This document shows, in pieces, positions 51,325-63,926 of a stretch of DNA of 64,000 bases. Made by a program: the position numbers and the translations under genes. A model generated the notes under the pieces. That model did not search any database. It worked only from the letters and a program-made list of their open reading frames with translations, and was not told the DNA's origin. The stretch covers positions 128,154,001-128,218,000 of the forward strand of contig NC_042998.1 in the NCBI RefSeq assembly GCF_006345805.1, in the 5' to 3' direction. The stretch is from Octopus sinensis (lineage: Eukaryota). Each line of letters begins with the position of its first letter. The stretch's first letter is position 1.

Positions 51325-53893
51325 TTCACAGTTATCTTCTTGTCCTTTGATAATCAGTGTCTTTTTCAGAGTGTCGTTTGACCTTAACGACAGTTGTCAC
51401 AAGGTATTCCTTTATTCTTCTCGTGAAGGGATGATAATTTCAATAACTTAAAAACGTATTTTGTATTGGTTTTAAATAAATCTCCTTATTCCATTTTTTT
51501 CCAATATTTCAGATTATGCAGCTGTAAGCTGACGTCATGAGTAGATAAAGTTAATCGCTGAAAGAGAAACAATGCTTTTACTTCACGACGCTTGCTACAG
51601 ATATATGATTTTTTTCAATTACCTTCGTTATTATGGTATTAACTTCTGTAACAAACTGTTTTAGCGCCTCTAACAATGGTCAAGGAAACCTTTGACAATT
51701 CATCTATAACCTATAACAGAAACACTTTAACCGCATTATTCTTAAGTCTGAGGTTATTAAGTACAATACAAGAATCCCAACTTTTCATAACTTAACCTAT
51801 TTTCCATTGTAGCAATGGAAAAACTGTGGTGCTGTTGTACACCATTCATCTAGCTAAATGAGTTAATAACAAGAACATATATATTGATCACTAGCGATTC
51901 ACTGAAACGATTGATTTATAGACCAGCGTTTCGTCCGTAAAGAAAGCCTTACAATTTAGATATTGAATGCCAAATCCATGTCTTTGTAGGATTTTTCTAC
52001 TTGAATCTGCTTGAGCGTTTCCCTTTACCACATAGCTACGATCGATACCTTTTATTTTGATTAATTTTCAAAGCTACAGAGTGTTTCTTCGGCATTAATT
52101 GTGTTCGGCGCTTCTTTTCTCTAGCCCAGAGTGACAGTCTTGGAATATTACTGGCAGTCATTAGAAGACCAGTTAATCAAGCAAGAGTTACCACAATATG
52201 ACCATGAACTTAGAAAGTGAATGCTATTGTTACAATGAAATACGCATACATTTAGCTGTTTCCTTCAGAAGAATGGCAAACGAAACAAATGTAATCATAA
52301 TTTCATTACAAATAATTAGATTCTTCAAAATTTTTGATGTGATTTTTTTTTTTTGTTAGGTTGGATTTTTTAACGTTATTTTTTATAGTTTTATGTCCTT
52401 CGAAATGCATGGCTACAACTGTTGAGTATTTATTCTTTAAGACTGTCACTAGATCTCCCTACACAAATCAATCTAACATCCTTGAATATTCTTTCTCTAC
52501 ATCATTAAAAAATATTAGCAAAATTTTTTTTCAAAGATTTTATTTTACCGTATTTCATGGGCGGAATTACAGCAAAAGAAAATAGAAAACATAACCATCT
52601 CTTTTCATTATTGTTTTATTATTTTCTGCGCATCCTACTGACACGTCTTAAAATATATGACCCACTCATTTGAGCGTAAATACATTTTGTTAGAGAGCCG
52701 ACTGTTAGATAACTGTTGCCTGTATATCGGTAACAAAAAATCATTGAGAATTCTGATAGTTAATTCTTAAATGGCTCAAATTATTTCACCGCAAATAGAT
52801 GGCATGTGATTGTATATAAATCACTGAAATAACTGAGCCAATGTGGAAGCCTATATATGGTCACATGATCTGAAAAATAATAGTTAAATCTCCCTTAGAT
52901 CACACCTTCATGTCTTATACAAGGTCCCAATAGATAATACACGCCAAAACTGGCATCATAACCCAATTCAATGGACAACATGAGAAAATGTGCATAACTG
53001 ACGCATTTCGTTGCTGTCATTTTTTTTCAGACATAAGTCAGCTTTTATCATTCAAATGTAAGGTTACTTAAACGTATAATCAAAACCTTTTTGGCATCCT
53101 GCAGAAACCACCATGTTTTATGATTTCCTTCGCGTAATAGAACATTTCTTTCCTTAAGACTCTAAGGTGCAATTGGGGGGGGGGGCGAGTTCATTGCCAT
53201 TTCGAGCAGATCCAGTGACCATGTAAAGATTCGATTTAATGCATGTTACTCTTTATTCCTAGATCATCCTTGAAGGAAAAGATCTGATATGACATGTTCC
53301 AGCCATAATCATCCAGTGTTTAGAGTGACATTATCTAAACTGTTCTTTTCATATTTAAGATGATAATGTGTAGTTTGTAGAAGATTCGGTTGCTACTTCT
53401 TTCTGACCGAAAAGTCACGTACAGACTCTCTCGCTGGTTTTTTGTCGGCCAGTAGCATTGATTTTTAAAAGCTGCTAAGTTTCTAACTAGGAGAAGAAGA
53501 ATCACACTTGGCTGCTTCAGCATTAAAAATCAAAAAAGGAAAAGACATCAATTTTACGATGCAATGTGTTGTGGGAGTCACATACATCAGTCAACATCAT
53601 TACAGTAACAATGAATTTATCAGTCTCGCTTTTATTAATAATTATCACGCCGAACACAATTTTTATACGCAAATAGTAAGAGTGTCAGCTGCATTGGCCT
53701 CAAAAGCGATAATCCTATTAATTTCCCTGTTTAAAGAGATAAACTGGGAGATTCAACTCTTTCATTTAAAAAACTGCTGTATCTCTTTAAGGTCTCAGAA
53801 GAAAACAGAATATAGAAACATATTGATTTAAAAACGAATGTGAATATAAAATAAACAATTATTTACTTGCAAAAGGTCTGAGTCTCGTGCAAA

Positions 53894-54393
53894 TCATACC
53901 AGGTCACGGAAATAAATGACTAAAAGAAAGAAGTTATTTATAAGTGCTAAGCTGTGGTAAGATATGGCACCGGACGAAATACACATTTCATACGAGTTCT
54001 CGTCATAGCAATTTATAGCACATAAAACACGAGTTTGTAAATCTTTGCTGAACTGTATTTTTGGTCCAGTTTTTGTATTTACATACATGTTTTGAAGATA
54101 TTGTTTGAAAAGTTTGTCATCAGTCTGCATTCTATTGCGTAACTTTACTAAAGCTGCAGCTGAGAGGTCATCAAGGTCATAGCTTTCAGGCATAACATAT
54201 TCCAGTTCTAGAAGAACTTGTCCCTTCTCATTTGCTTTCGGTAAATTAACGTAATATTGTGTGATCTGAAGTAACTGTTTCGATGTAACGTTGTATCTGA
54301 CAAGACGGACTGCTGGATTGCGGTTATAATCATATACCCATGGTGTCAAAGCAGGCGCTACGAAAATAGGAACACCGTTGTTCTTTCTTAAAT
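53894..54393 (-). CDS. SMPDL3B: SMPDL3-like acid sphingomyelinase-like phosphodiesterase, last coding exon (probable GPI-anchor signal)
   Basis: Acceptor ttttgtatttttcag|AT (phase 1); PIFVAPALTPW, RNPAVRL, ITQYYVNL, LEY..PESY, LCAI..YEMC; ends SSG + hydrophobic tail, TGA at 53894-96. Paralogue assignment (3A vs 3B) is uncertain. Confidence 0.88.
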
Positions 54394-56102
54394 CTGAAAA
54401 ATACAAAAGAATGTATTGAAATGTCGATAAGTTGGGAGACACATTAGAGTAATACAGTTATATTATTATTTTCTGTTCCGTGTTTCCTTTTCCCAGCATC
54501 TATGAAATGAATTCCAACCATATATTGATGCCGATTTAATCCTCTATATTATCTCCCTACAAAAGTTGTTTGCCTCCAACCGAAGTGCAAAAATTCCTTT
54601 TATATTTCCTTTCTTTCGTTTAGACGAAGGACGGAAATGACCTGCAAGTTTCGGGTCAAAACTCTTCTTAACTCCCTGCAGCAAATGAATTAATCGAACT
54701 CGCATATCAAACTTCCCTATTACATATATAATTCGGTCGTATTTAATCACCAGTTTCTTTCGTGATGCTAACTTTATCCAGCATCAAAATAAATTGGTTT
54801 TGAAATTCAGTTGCTGACTTTATCCTAAAAATGCAATATTTTAGATTTACAAGTCTTTATAACTTCTCTTATTAAGTTTCTGATTTCTTCCGATAAACTG
54901 CATAGAGTTTCGCAAGGTAGAAAGACATTAAAAATGCTTTGATGATAATCTTTTTCCGTAAAACATTCTTTGAATACTTGTAGAGTCTATTTTTCAATCA
55001 ATGAGTTGTCTGACCCGATAAGCTCCCAAGGTTATCAATTTTAGTTTGCATAAGCCCTACTTAAAAAGGTTTATCTTTCATGTTACTTTTTATATCGCTA
55101 CTTAACATATTTGTGCGGCCTCTCTGTTACATTTTTATCCACTAAATACCAGGTATCATTTTATAAATATACTTCAAATTTCACCTTTATACACCATTGA
55201 AATTTAATCACGTGCCTTGTTTTCCTACGATATGCTATATGATACAATTATAACAACCCAAATCGAATTTCAAGCCGACCCATTTATATTCTTAAATGTT
55301 TTCTTATCTCTCATCTGCAATTTCGGGAAACATGCTACTTAATTCTAAAATATATACTTTGGTTCCACAAAAGAGCATTCCTTCTGCTTGGTGTCTAAAG
55401 TGGAAAGATAATGAACTTATTATAATGGGGAGATGGTTAGGATATCTCTTCAGAAGATAAATCCGAACGAGAAAGATTTTGGTAGATAAAATTCTATAGA
55501 GTTAAATGCGCTTAGATGAATATTGAGAAAGAGAACATCTATATAAACCATGGTAAAACTGTTTGGTAAGGACCACGTTATATCTTTTTAACGTTCAGGT
55601 CTACCACGTACCTTTTCAATAATATATTTATAAATAAGAAAATATACAGTTACATAGTTTTACACACTAAAATAAACTGATTAATCTCTGCTTGTTGAAT
55701 GATTTCATTGAGTCCTCATTTTTGGAGTTAATGATTTAAGGTCTGCTGGGTAAGTTCTTAAAACTGATTTAGGAAACCCAATATTATCTCGTGAGCTACA
55801 CAAACGCTGCTTTCAGGGCCGGTGTTGGCTACCATTGGTCTCTGTGACTACAGATTTTATTTTCTATAGTATAATGTTGATTAAAGTGTTGAAGAATGAC
55901 CTAGTAAATAAGATGGCAGATAACCAAAGAAGGAATGAATGGTTCATATTCTTACACCTTGTCAACTTCCACAACAAAATTCTTAGACTTCATGGTTTGC
56001 CACCTTTTATTACATAACAGAAATGACCTTCATAATTAATTGCAGCACTACTAGACAAGAAGTAAGGGTTTTGTATCTTGTAGTGTTCAACTGCGCCAGC
56101 CA

Positions 56103-56291
<189 letters not shown>

Positions 56292-56394
56292 TTTAATCAG
56301 CTATGATAATAGCGATAATGCAATGGCCTATTTTAGATTTTACCATGACTACTATAAAGCACAGTCAAACAAGATTATTCCCTCGTGTGATCTA

Positions 56395-56500
56395 GTCATT
56401 AGAATGTTGCGTGGGTTCGATTCCCAGACTGGGCGGTGCCTTGTGCCCTTGAGTAAGGCACTTTATTTCTCGTTACTCCAGTTTACTCAGCTCTAAATGA
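56395..56500 (+). mobile_element. SINE fragment (third type)
   Basis: B-box GGTTCGATTCC followed by TGTGCCCTTGAGTAAGGCACTTTA, a common SINE body motif. Confidence 0.55.
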
Positions 56501-56519
56501 TTGCTTAGCTCGTAAGAGG

Positions 56520-56630
56520 GAGAAGAAGAAGAAGAAGAAGAAGAAGAAGAAGAAGAAGAAGAAGAAGAAGAAGAAGAAGAAGAAGAAGAAGAAGAAGAAG
56601 AAGAAGAAGAAGAAGAAGAAGAAGAAAGAA

Positions 56631-56668
<38 letters not shown>
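56520..56668. repeat. (GAA)n(GAT)n tract just inside the intron after the 56693 donor
   Basis: Directly visible. Confidence 0.95.
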
Positions 56669-56669
<1 letters not shown>

Positions 56670-56692
56670 GCGGCATATGTTTAAATACAAAC

Positions 56693-56870
56693 CTTTTGTT
56701 GGTCTGTGGATTACTTTGAAGGAATCTTCATGTTCGTGACCGAAGAAGCCAGCAATAATTACATCTGAATAGTTCTGTAGAATTTTGGTTAGTTTTTCAT
56801 TATATTCTTTGTACAGCCATGTTTTCCCACTACGTAGCAAGCCCGGAGGAATATGGCCGATAACAAATAC
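56693..56870 (-). CDS. SMPDL3B: SMPDL3-like internal exon (178 nt) with metal-binding motifs
   Basis: ttgtatttag|GTA...AAAG|gtttgt; VFVIGHIPPG and IIAGFFGHEHEDSF; phases 0/1 match the neighbouring exons. Confidence 0.92.
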
Positions 56871-56916
56871 CTAAATACAAGTAAAAAGTATACACTTATA
56901 TTGTAATAAATTATAT

Positions 56917-57277
56917 TCTTTTATTCTTTGACTTGTTTCAGTCATTTGGCTGCGGCCATGCTGGGGCTGCGCCTTTAGACGGGGCACATCGATCCCAGGA
57001 CTTATTCTTTGTAAGCCTAGTGCTTATTCTATCAGTCTCTTTGCCGAACCACTAAGTTACGGGGACGTTAAACACACCAGCATCGGTTGTCAAGCGATGT
57101 TGGGGGGACAAACACACACACATAAATATATATATACGACGGGTTTCTTTCAGTTTCCGTCTACCAAATCCACTCACAAGGCTTTGATCGGCCTGAGGTT
57201 ATAGTAGAAGACACTTGCCTAAGGTGACACGCAGTGGGACTGAACCCAGAACCATGTGGTTGGTAAGCAAGCTACTT
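56917..57277 (-). mobile_element. SINE family A, 3' portion (its head is at 59305-59345, separated by a nested insertion)
   Basis: Comparison with the intact copy 37406-37823 shows the sequence breaks at GCAAGCTACTT and resumes at 59305. Confidence 0.88.
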
Positions 57278-59304
57278 TATTTCATTAAGATAAAGTAGCT
57301 TGCGGGTTGGACATATACATTGATGAGGTGAATGATGAAACAAGGATGGTATTGATGAGAGAAGGCAAAAACGCCCGCCGATTTTCTGCTTCTCTAAAAC
57401 ATTGTTCTTTTTTTTTCCAACAGAAAACACAAAACCTCTCACAACAGTTTTTACAATAAAATATTCAATATACAATCAACACACAATCTATAAGATCAAT
57501 CCTTCTCATAGGGGCTCCCAAGCAAATGACCCGCCGCCTGCAGGAAATCCTGCATCGGCAGGTCGGGGCCCGGAAAGAGGAAAACAAAATCTTCTTTATT
57601 ACAGGTCACCATGACCTTGAATAGTCCCTTCTGACTCACGACCTCCGCAGCCACCTGCAGAGGCCAGCTTGGACAGTCTATACAGACCGAGTCAAATCGT
57701 TCTCGGCCTGGAAGACTGTCCAAGCAGGCCCTCCCGTGAGATAGAAAACGACGAGTTTTACCTCTTCCTCACGGGGAGGGGCCTCAGCCTGCTCTGTTAG
57801 TGGCACAATTCCCAGACAGAGACTCTCACTCCGGTGGCACACCTTCCACCGGAGGAGCATCGGGTTTGGTCGGCGGCACAGCGACATCCGCCGACCGTCT
57901 CCCGTTTCTCTTCTTTCTCTTTTTCCCTCTTACGGTCGCGGGTGTCGGGGCCTCCACCGGCACACCCGGGGTGTTCTCCTCCTCTACCACAACCTACGCG
58001 TCTGTTGGTGAGTAACCATTGTTGCTCACCTTTCTTTTCCTTCTCGTTGAGGCCGATGCCTCCACGACCTCCTCCGTTTCTCCCTGCAATGGGAGAGCGG
58101 AGTATACCTTCACCATTCCCGTCTCAGGTATCTTACCACGGTCCCGGGGGCAGTCCTTCTTAATGTGGCCTGACTCCAGGCACGAGTGACACTTGGATGG
58201 GGGCGACCCTCAAGTATCACCGGATACCTTGGGCCATCCATTTTCAAAAAGTCAGGAAAAGTCATTTCACCCGCGACCACTGGGGTCCATAGGGTCAAAA
58301 TCGCCTTTGCACCACCACCACCCCCAATCGACCGCAAGCTTTATGTCTATATTTAAGAGCCTGGGCCCGCTATCCCCCAGGCGCCGCCGGAAGGCATTTG
58401 CAATCCACCCCGCTTCGGTGCCCGGGGTCAGACCACATACCCAGGCCCTTATTACCTTCTTCCCATGATATGTGGGAAGAAACAAAATCTCCTCCCCTTT
58501 CAGGGGCTGGCCTGTCACAGTGCAAGCCTCTTCAGGGATGTCGAAAAGCAGTCACACCGTGACGTTTTTGACACCCCTGGTTACATAATAATCTTTGGCT
58601 GGCAAGCATCTTGCCAGCTCTTTTTTAATAATACTATTGTCGAAGAGTGCGATGGCGTCACGCAACCTAGAATAGGTCCGTAGTACCACCGTTCTCCTCT
58701 CAAGGTTTTTAATCCATTGATTAGGTGGAACAATCTCCCACTCTAAGGCATTTTTTATATTTGCTATGTTAAAAATCAGTTCAAAAGAAGAAAGTCCAAA
58801 TAAATTAACAAGAAGTCCAAAAAGAAATAAACAAGTCAGTCCAAAAAAATGAATAAAAATGAAATCCAAAAGAAACGCAAAAACAGTTCCAAAAAGAAAG
58901 AAAAAATACAGAAGGTTAGAGAAAAGAAAAACAGTTCACACATCAAACATTAATGGCCAACAGGTACTCCTGACCAACTTCGTAGGTTCAATGGTAATCC
59001 AACAAGTTTCAATGGCAAGATCCAGTAAGTTCGAATGAGGAATCCCCCCCCCCCAATACAACAAAGCAACAAATAGCAGCCGCTGACAGCAGACAGAATT
59101 GCCACGGAGCTGGGCGAAATTTATCAGCAAACAAACAGTTACTACTTAACAAATTACACCCAGCTCAAACGAAAACACAATCACCTACCTCGACGGTCTT
59201 ATGCTGATGTTGATCTTCTTTCTTTCAGTTCAATATTGGACGGAGCTAACTCACTCATGTCCACCTCGGTTCTCTGTAAGAAGCAACAGCAATGCGTATG
59301 TACG
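57278..59304 (-). mobile_element. ORF1-only (HAL1-like) L1/Tx1-type non-autonomous retroelement with a CCHC zinc knuckle, nested in a SINE
   Basis: 16-bp TSD GGTAAGCA(A/T)GCTACTT (57262-77 and 59305-20); frameshifted ORF ~58751-57496 with PDFLKMDGPRYPVILEGRP and CHSCLESGHIKKDC (58150-58191); no APE or RT sequence between the ORF end and the 3' junction. Confidence 0.8.
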
Positions 59305-59384
59305 GGTAAGCATGCTACTTACCACACATCCACTCCTGCGCCTATATATCTAATGAATTACAATACAACATTTCGGGTTTGATA

Positions 59385-59775
59385 AGGCAGCGAGCTGACA
59401 GAAATGCTAGCATTTCGGGCAAAATTCTTAGCGGCATTTCGTCCGTCTTTACGTTCTGAATTCAAATTATGCCATGGTCGACTTTGCCTTTCATCTTTGA
59501 GGAATCGATAAAGTAAATTCCAGTTGGATCGATATCATCGACTTAACCCGCCACTTCCAAAATTTCTGGCCTTGTGCCAAAATTTGAAACCAATATTTCA
59601 GTCTGGATATTTATACTCGGCTAACCATGCTAACTGCTATGGTATTAATTTCAAATATATATTCTTTTCTACTCTAGGCACAAGGCCCGAAATTTTGGGG
59701 AGGGAGCTAGTCGATTAGATCGACGCCAGTACGCAACTGGTACTTAATTTATCGACCCCGAAAAGATGAAAGGCA
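59385..59775. mobile_element. Two SINE family B copies in opposite orientation (59385-59597 +, 59655-59775 -)
   Basis: Shared head and core sequences. Confidence 0.8.
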
Positions 59776-59929
59776 TATATACATATATGTATATATATTT
59801 ATATATATGTATATACATATATGCATATATATGTATATATACATATGCATATATATGTATATATATGCATATATATATATATGTATATATATACACATAT
59901 ATGCATATATATATACATATATATATACC

Positions 59930-60840
59930 TTGGGGTTACAAGAGCGTCACTGTCTCTCTTGTTCACGAGGTACTTTGTGGCAATCTCTTGTTCATGGATT
60001 GCAAACGCATAGTCTTCAAAGTGTGATATGACGTAGTGGTGTTGTGTCCAAGAGAGGCTGCGCTTCGTATCAATTCTACTGTCTTCTTCAAGCTTCCGGG
60101 CAACATACCTATAGATGACCTTTTTTACGTTGTGTGCTTTCCATCCAAGTCTTCTCTCAGGGAAGAGAGCCCGACTGTTTTGGAGCTGTATAGAAGATCA
60201 CAAGGAAGAGAGTGTTTCTTGAGGAGTTCACTGCCAACTTGTACAATGTTGCTCACTTCACTTTTTAGGACTGCATTAATATATTTATTTTTGCTGCTGT
60301 TGTTAGTAGGTGCTGCCTGAGTGATACCATACGGCTTTCGAAGGCCGTCCGAATTGATCTCAGGCCTCTACCACCTTCATTTCTTCTTAGGTAGAGCCTG
60401 TCAACGTCACCGTTTCAGTGGAACTTTGTTGTTGTCAGGATTTTGCGGGTTTTGATATCTATGGAGTGTGTTTCCTCTACAGACCTATTAAGTATCCCAA
60501 ATGTTGGGATCAGCACTGGTACTGCAAGTGCATTGTAGATATTGTTTTATTGTAAGAGGAGAGTTTCGACTGCCATATTTTCCTAAGTCTGATGTAATAT
60601 TCTGGGTTCACTCTATGCCTACGTACTTGTAACATTCTTTATGTGGAATAGGGGAGATAAAGAGACCGTTGATGCACAGGTTTTAGATTTGAGGGACTGA
60701 CTTTCCTCGTTCTATAACCAAATATAAACATTTCTTTTGGCCAAATTCCATCCCTATATCAACTGAAAATGTTGTTATTAATTCCAGTTGTATTTTGGCA
60801 TTGTTAACACTTTTAGCTTAAATCTTCAGGTCGTCTACTA
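59930..60840 (-). mobile_element. Decayed R4/Dong-like RT fragment
   Basis: VDDLKI.AKS..FSVDIGMEFGQKKC..IERGK; CYKYVG; YNALAVPVLIPTFGIL; DIKTRKIL; DVDRLYLRRNEGGRGL. Confidence 0.85.
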
Positions 60841-61594
60841 AGTAATTATGAGTTACATTGATATTTCTGACTGTTGAAGATCCTAGCATGTAACCATTTG
60901 TTTTCTACAGTTGGAACGATAATGGATTCAGTGTCAAAATGACAAGCACACAAAGAATATCTCCTTGGAATGTATGTATGTATGTATGTATGTATGTATG
61001 TATGTATGTATGTATGTATTATGTATGTATGTATGTACACATGTAAGCATATCTTTATGCATATGCACGCGGGTGCAGGCGTGGATGTCATTACGAAAGT
61101 GGAACTTATTTCTTGATTAGACGTGTTATTTCTCTTTTTGTGAGACCCAGCTTCTCAGATTGTTAACATTTTAACATCTGCTGGACAACTGATTTCAATC
61201 TATGAGTGTTGCTGTTGTCGTCGTTAGAACGTGGCCTTCTTTGATTGAGTACACCAATGTTCAAAGATGTCCCGTCCGTAACCATCCTGTATTTTTGTAT
61301 ATACATGAGCACACTGTCAGATATGGCCTTCCTTTTTTGTAAGGAGGTGGGATTTAATTAGATGACCATTCGACTTCTATTTCTGGTGGTCGGGTATTCA
61401 CGTAAAAGCTCCTTTATTAGCTCTTATTAATGTATGTGAATGTATGTGCGTGTGTGTATGCGGGTTTTTGTGTATTCATTTAAAGTTTTGCTTGCGTATG
61501 CATGTAACTTTGTTTATGTGTGTAAATTTGGGTCAGGGTAAATATGTGCGTGTGTAAGCTTGTTGTGTGTGTGTCTCTGTGCGCGCGTGTGTGC

Positions 61595-61625
<31 letters not shown>

Positions 61626-61869
61626 GATACTGATACATTGATACCTTAAAAGAAATAGCATACATACATAACATGCAGCTTTTTTTATTGGAAACCCACA
61701 CTAACTATCGATTTCTAAATGAACCGCTGTAAAGAATGAGTTACTAAATCGAAGATACGAACTGTGACGAAATGTCAGTGCACACATTAACAGAGAAAAC
61801 AAAATGTGTATTGAAATGAAGAAACGGGACGAGGTTTATCTTTTGCTTGTATTTGTTGTTTGTTTTTAC

Positions 61870-62054
61870 CTTTTTCTTCTCTTTTCTAACCTTCTCGAGC
61901 ACATTTTGTAACCACGTGAATTGTCCGTTTGGGTCAGGATTTTGATTTGGTTTGATTAGTTTGTTTCTGTTGTAGTAGAGGAGTGTATTGAGATTCACAA
62001 TGTAAAGGTCGGGATCTTTGGTTGCCATAAAGTAGTAACCGTTCTTTGAAAAAG
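61870..62054 (-). CDS. SMPDL3B: SMPDL3-like internal exon (185 nt); upstream exons not identified in this window
   Basis: ttcttcctttaatag|CT...AAAAAG|gtaaaa; FSKNGYY..LYIVNLNTLLYY..DPNGQFTWLQNVLE, matching the ASM-family GYY / LNT / DPxxQFxWL motifs. Confidence 0.92.
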
Positions 62055-63450
62055 CTATTAAAGGAAGAAATTAAAAGAAATAATAGCATTTCTGAAAGAA
62101 TTTAAATTACTAAAAGGCGAATTTACTTCTGTCCATGTGAATTAACTGATAATATAAAGAAATCGTTACAAATATGTTAAATATGTTAAAAGATGTGAGA
62201 AAGTTATCGCAGTTGACCACCTCCAGACAGATTTGATGATTTTACCGTGACTAGTTCAGTGTCTCACTGTTCAAAGTTCATATCGTTGTTTTAGAAGTCA
62301 AGAAAATAACTGCACACAGAGCTCTCTCTCTCTCCTATCAGTCTTATGCTACAACTAAATAATTTTAAAAGAAAGAACTGCATAGTAATTTAAATATTCC
62401 AGTCTGTCAATTTCATCTTACTCTTCTGCTTCTTCCAACTAGTTGGCTTGTGGCCATACTGGAGCACAGCTTATATCTTAAATCATTTATGTTTGTACTA
62501 CTTTCAATCGAAAGTTAAGCTGTCAGAGTGGTTCTTTGCGATCTGAGTTCAAATCCAGCCGAGGTCAAATTTGCCTTTCATACTTTAGTAGTCGATAAAG
62601 GAAGTACCAGTCCAGAACGATAGGTTGGTGGAACAACGACAGCAATGGAGAAGATGGTGTAGTATTTGTTCTGCATCTTTTCGTTCTGCCGATAGCCAAG
62701 TCTCATTACCCAACCATTCCTCCAACCAACAATTGACCAACTTGGAAAGAAAACCCTACAAACAACATAGATAATCTGGGAACGATATATTGAGTCTTTC
62801 ATCCTGCCAGCTCGCCGCCTTATAACAGAAAATAATAACGATATTGTCGATAGACTTTAGGTGCTTCCCCGCTTGAAACTGTTATCTGTAGCCCTCATCA
62901 CAAATGAATATAATATTTTCAAAAAAACTTAATTAGAAGCTGAACCTGCCATGTGGAAATTCAGTTTGGAACTCTTTCAAATTTTCTGTCGGGTTGCAAA
63001 ATGTTTGATCTATCGTCTACAGGTTTCTATGTAAAATTTGTTGATTTGAATAAGTAGTTGGAAATATCATTTGAAGATTATTTAAATAACTGAATTATTT
63101 AAATATCTTCTACATATATTCCTAGCTGTTACATCTAACATCATCGGGTATGGTAAGTATTGCTTGATACTAACATATATACATGACAAGATGATATAAT
63201 CATTAAATTTAACGAGATATTACGTAGTTTACAGCTTCTGAAATGGAATACTGCCAAAGTCGCTGTAACCCTTAATGAACCCCGAGAATTAGGCAACTTT
63301 TTCGTTTATTCTGTTCGAACATTTAGACTTCGTAAAGCAACCAATTTGTAAAAGTGAGGGTGTATTGTTGATTGAAGGGAACACAATATACTATTAATGA
63401 AGGTATTTTCCTTGGTTTCTCGACTTGGTAGAAATAGGAGCAAAATCTTT

Positions 63451-63926
63451 GGCGGAATTCTACTTTACGCACGGCATATAACCCCTCATAACTTTTTTTA
63501 TTTTTTAGAATTTTCAGAAAATGTTTGCGAATTTATATCCTATACATGGAAATTCATACGATAACATAAAAACCAAAATAAAAAAACTTTTGCTGTGATT
63601 TAAGGGTTATTTAGCCGTTATTTTTAGCACATCTCATGACCATCTCATACCATCCTCGTTTGTTTGTCAGTCTAATGTATTGATGCTTTCCGATATCTTT
63701 CTTCTCATAAACACATTTAATGGTCTATTCCTAGGATTTAAGCCAAAGATTCTGACTGTCCATATTCTAAACTGTGATTTAACTTTTTTTTCGAAAACTT
63801 TAAAAAAAATTTTCATAGTCTTGTGAACTAATGTGTATAGAATACAAATTCGCAAGAGTTTTCTGAAAATTCCAAAAAAAAAAAATTATGTGAAGTTATA
63901 TGCTGTGCGTAAAGCAGAATTCTGCC
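63451..63926. mobile_element. MITE with ~90-bp TIRs starting GGC
   Basis: GGCGGAATTCTACTTTACGCACGGCATATAAC... versus ...GTTATATGCTGTGCGTAAAGCAGAATTCTGCC; flanks AAATCTTT / AATTCTTT (7/8, probable 8-bp TSD). Superfamily not assigned. Confidence 0.82.

Noticed and set aside
62578-62802. ORF considered as the next upstream SMPDL3 exon
   Set aside because: It has no GNHD-type or other family motif and is bracketed by SINE B fragments.
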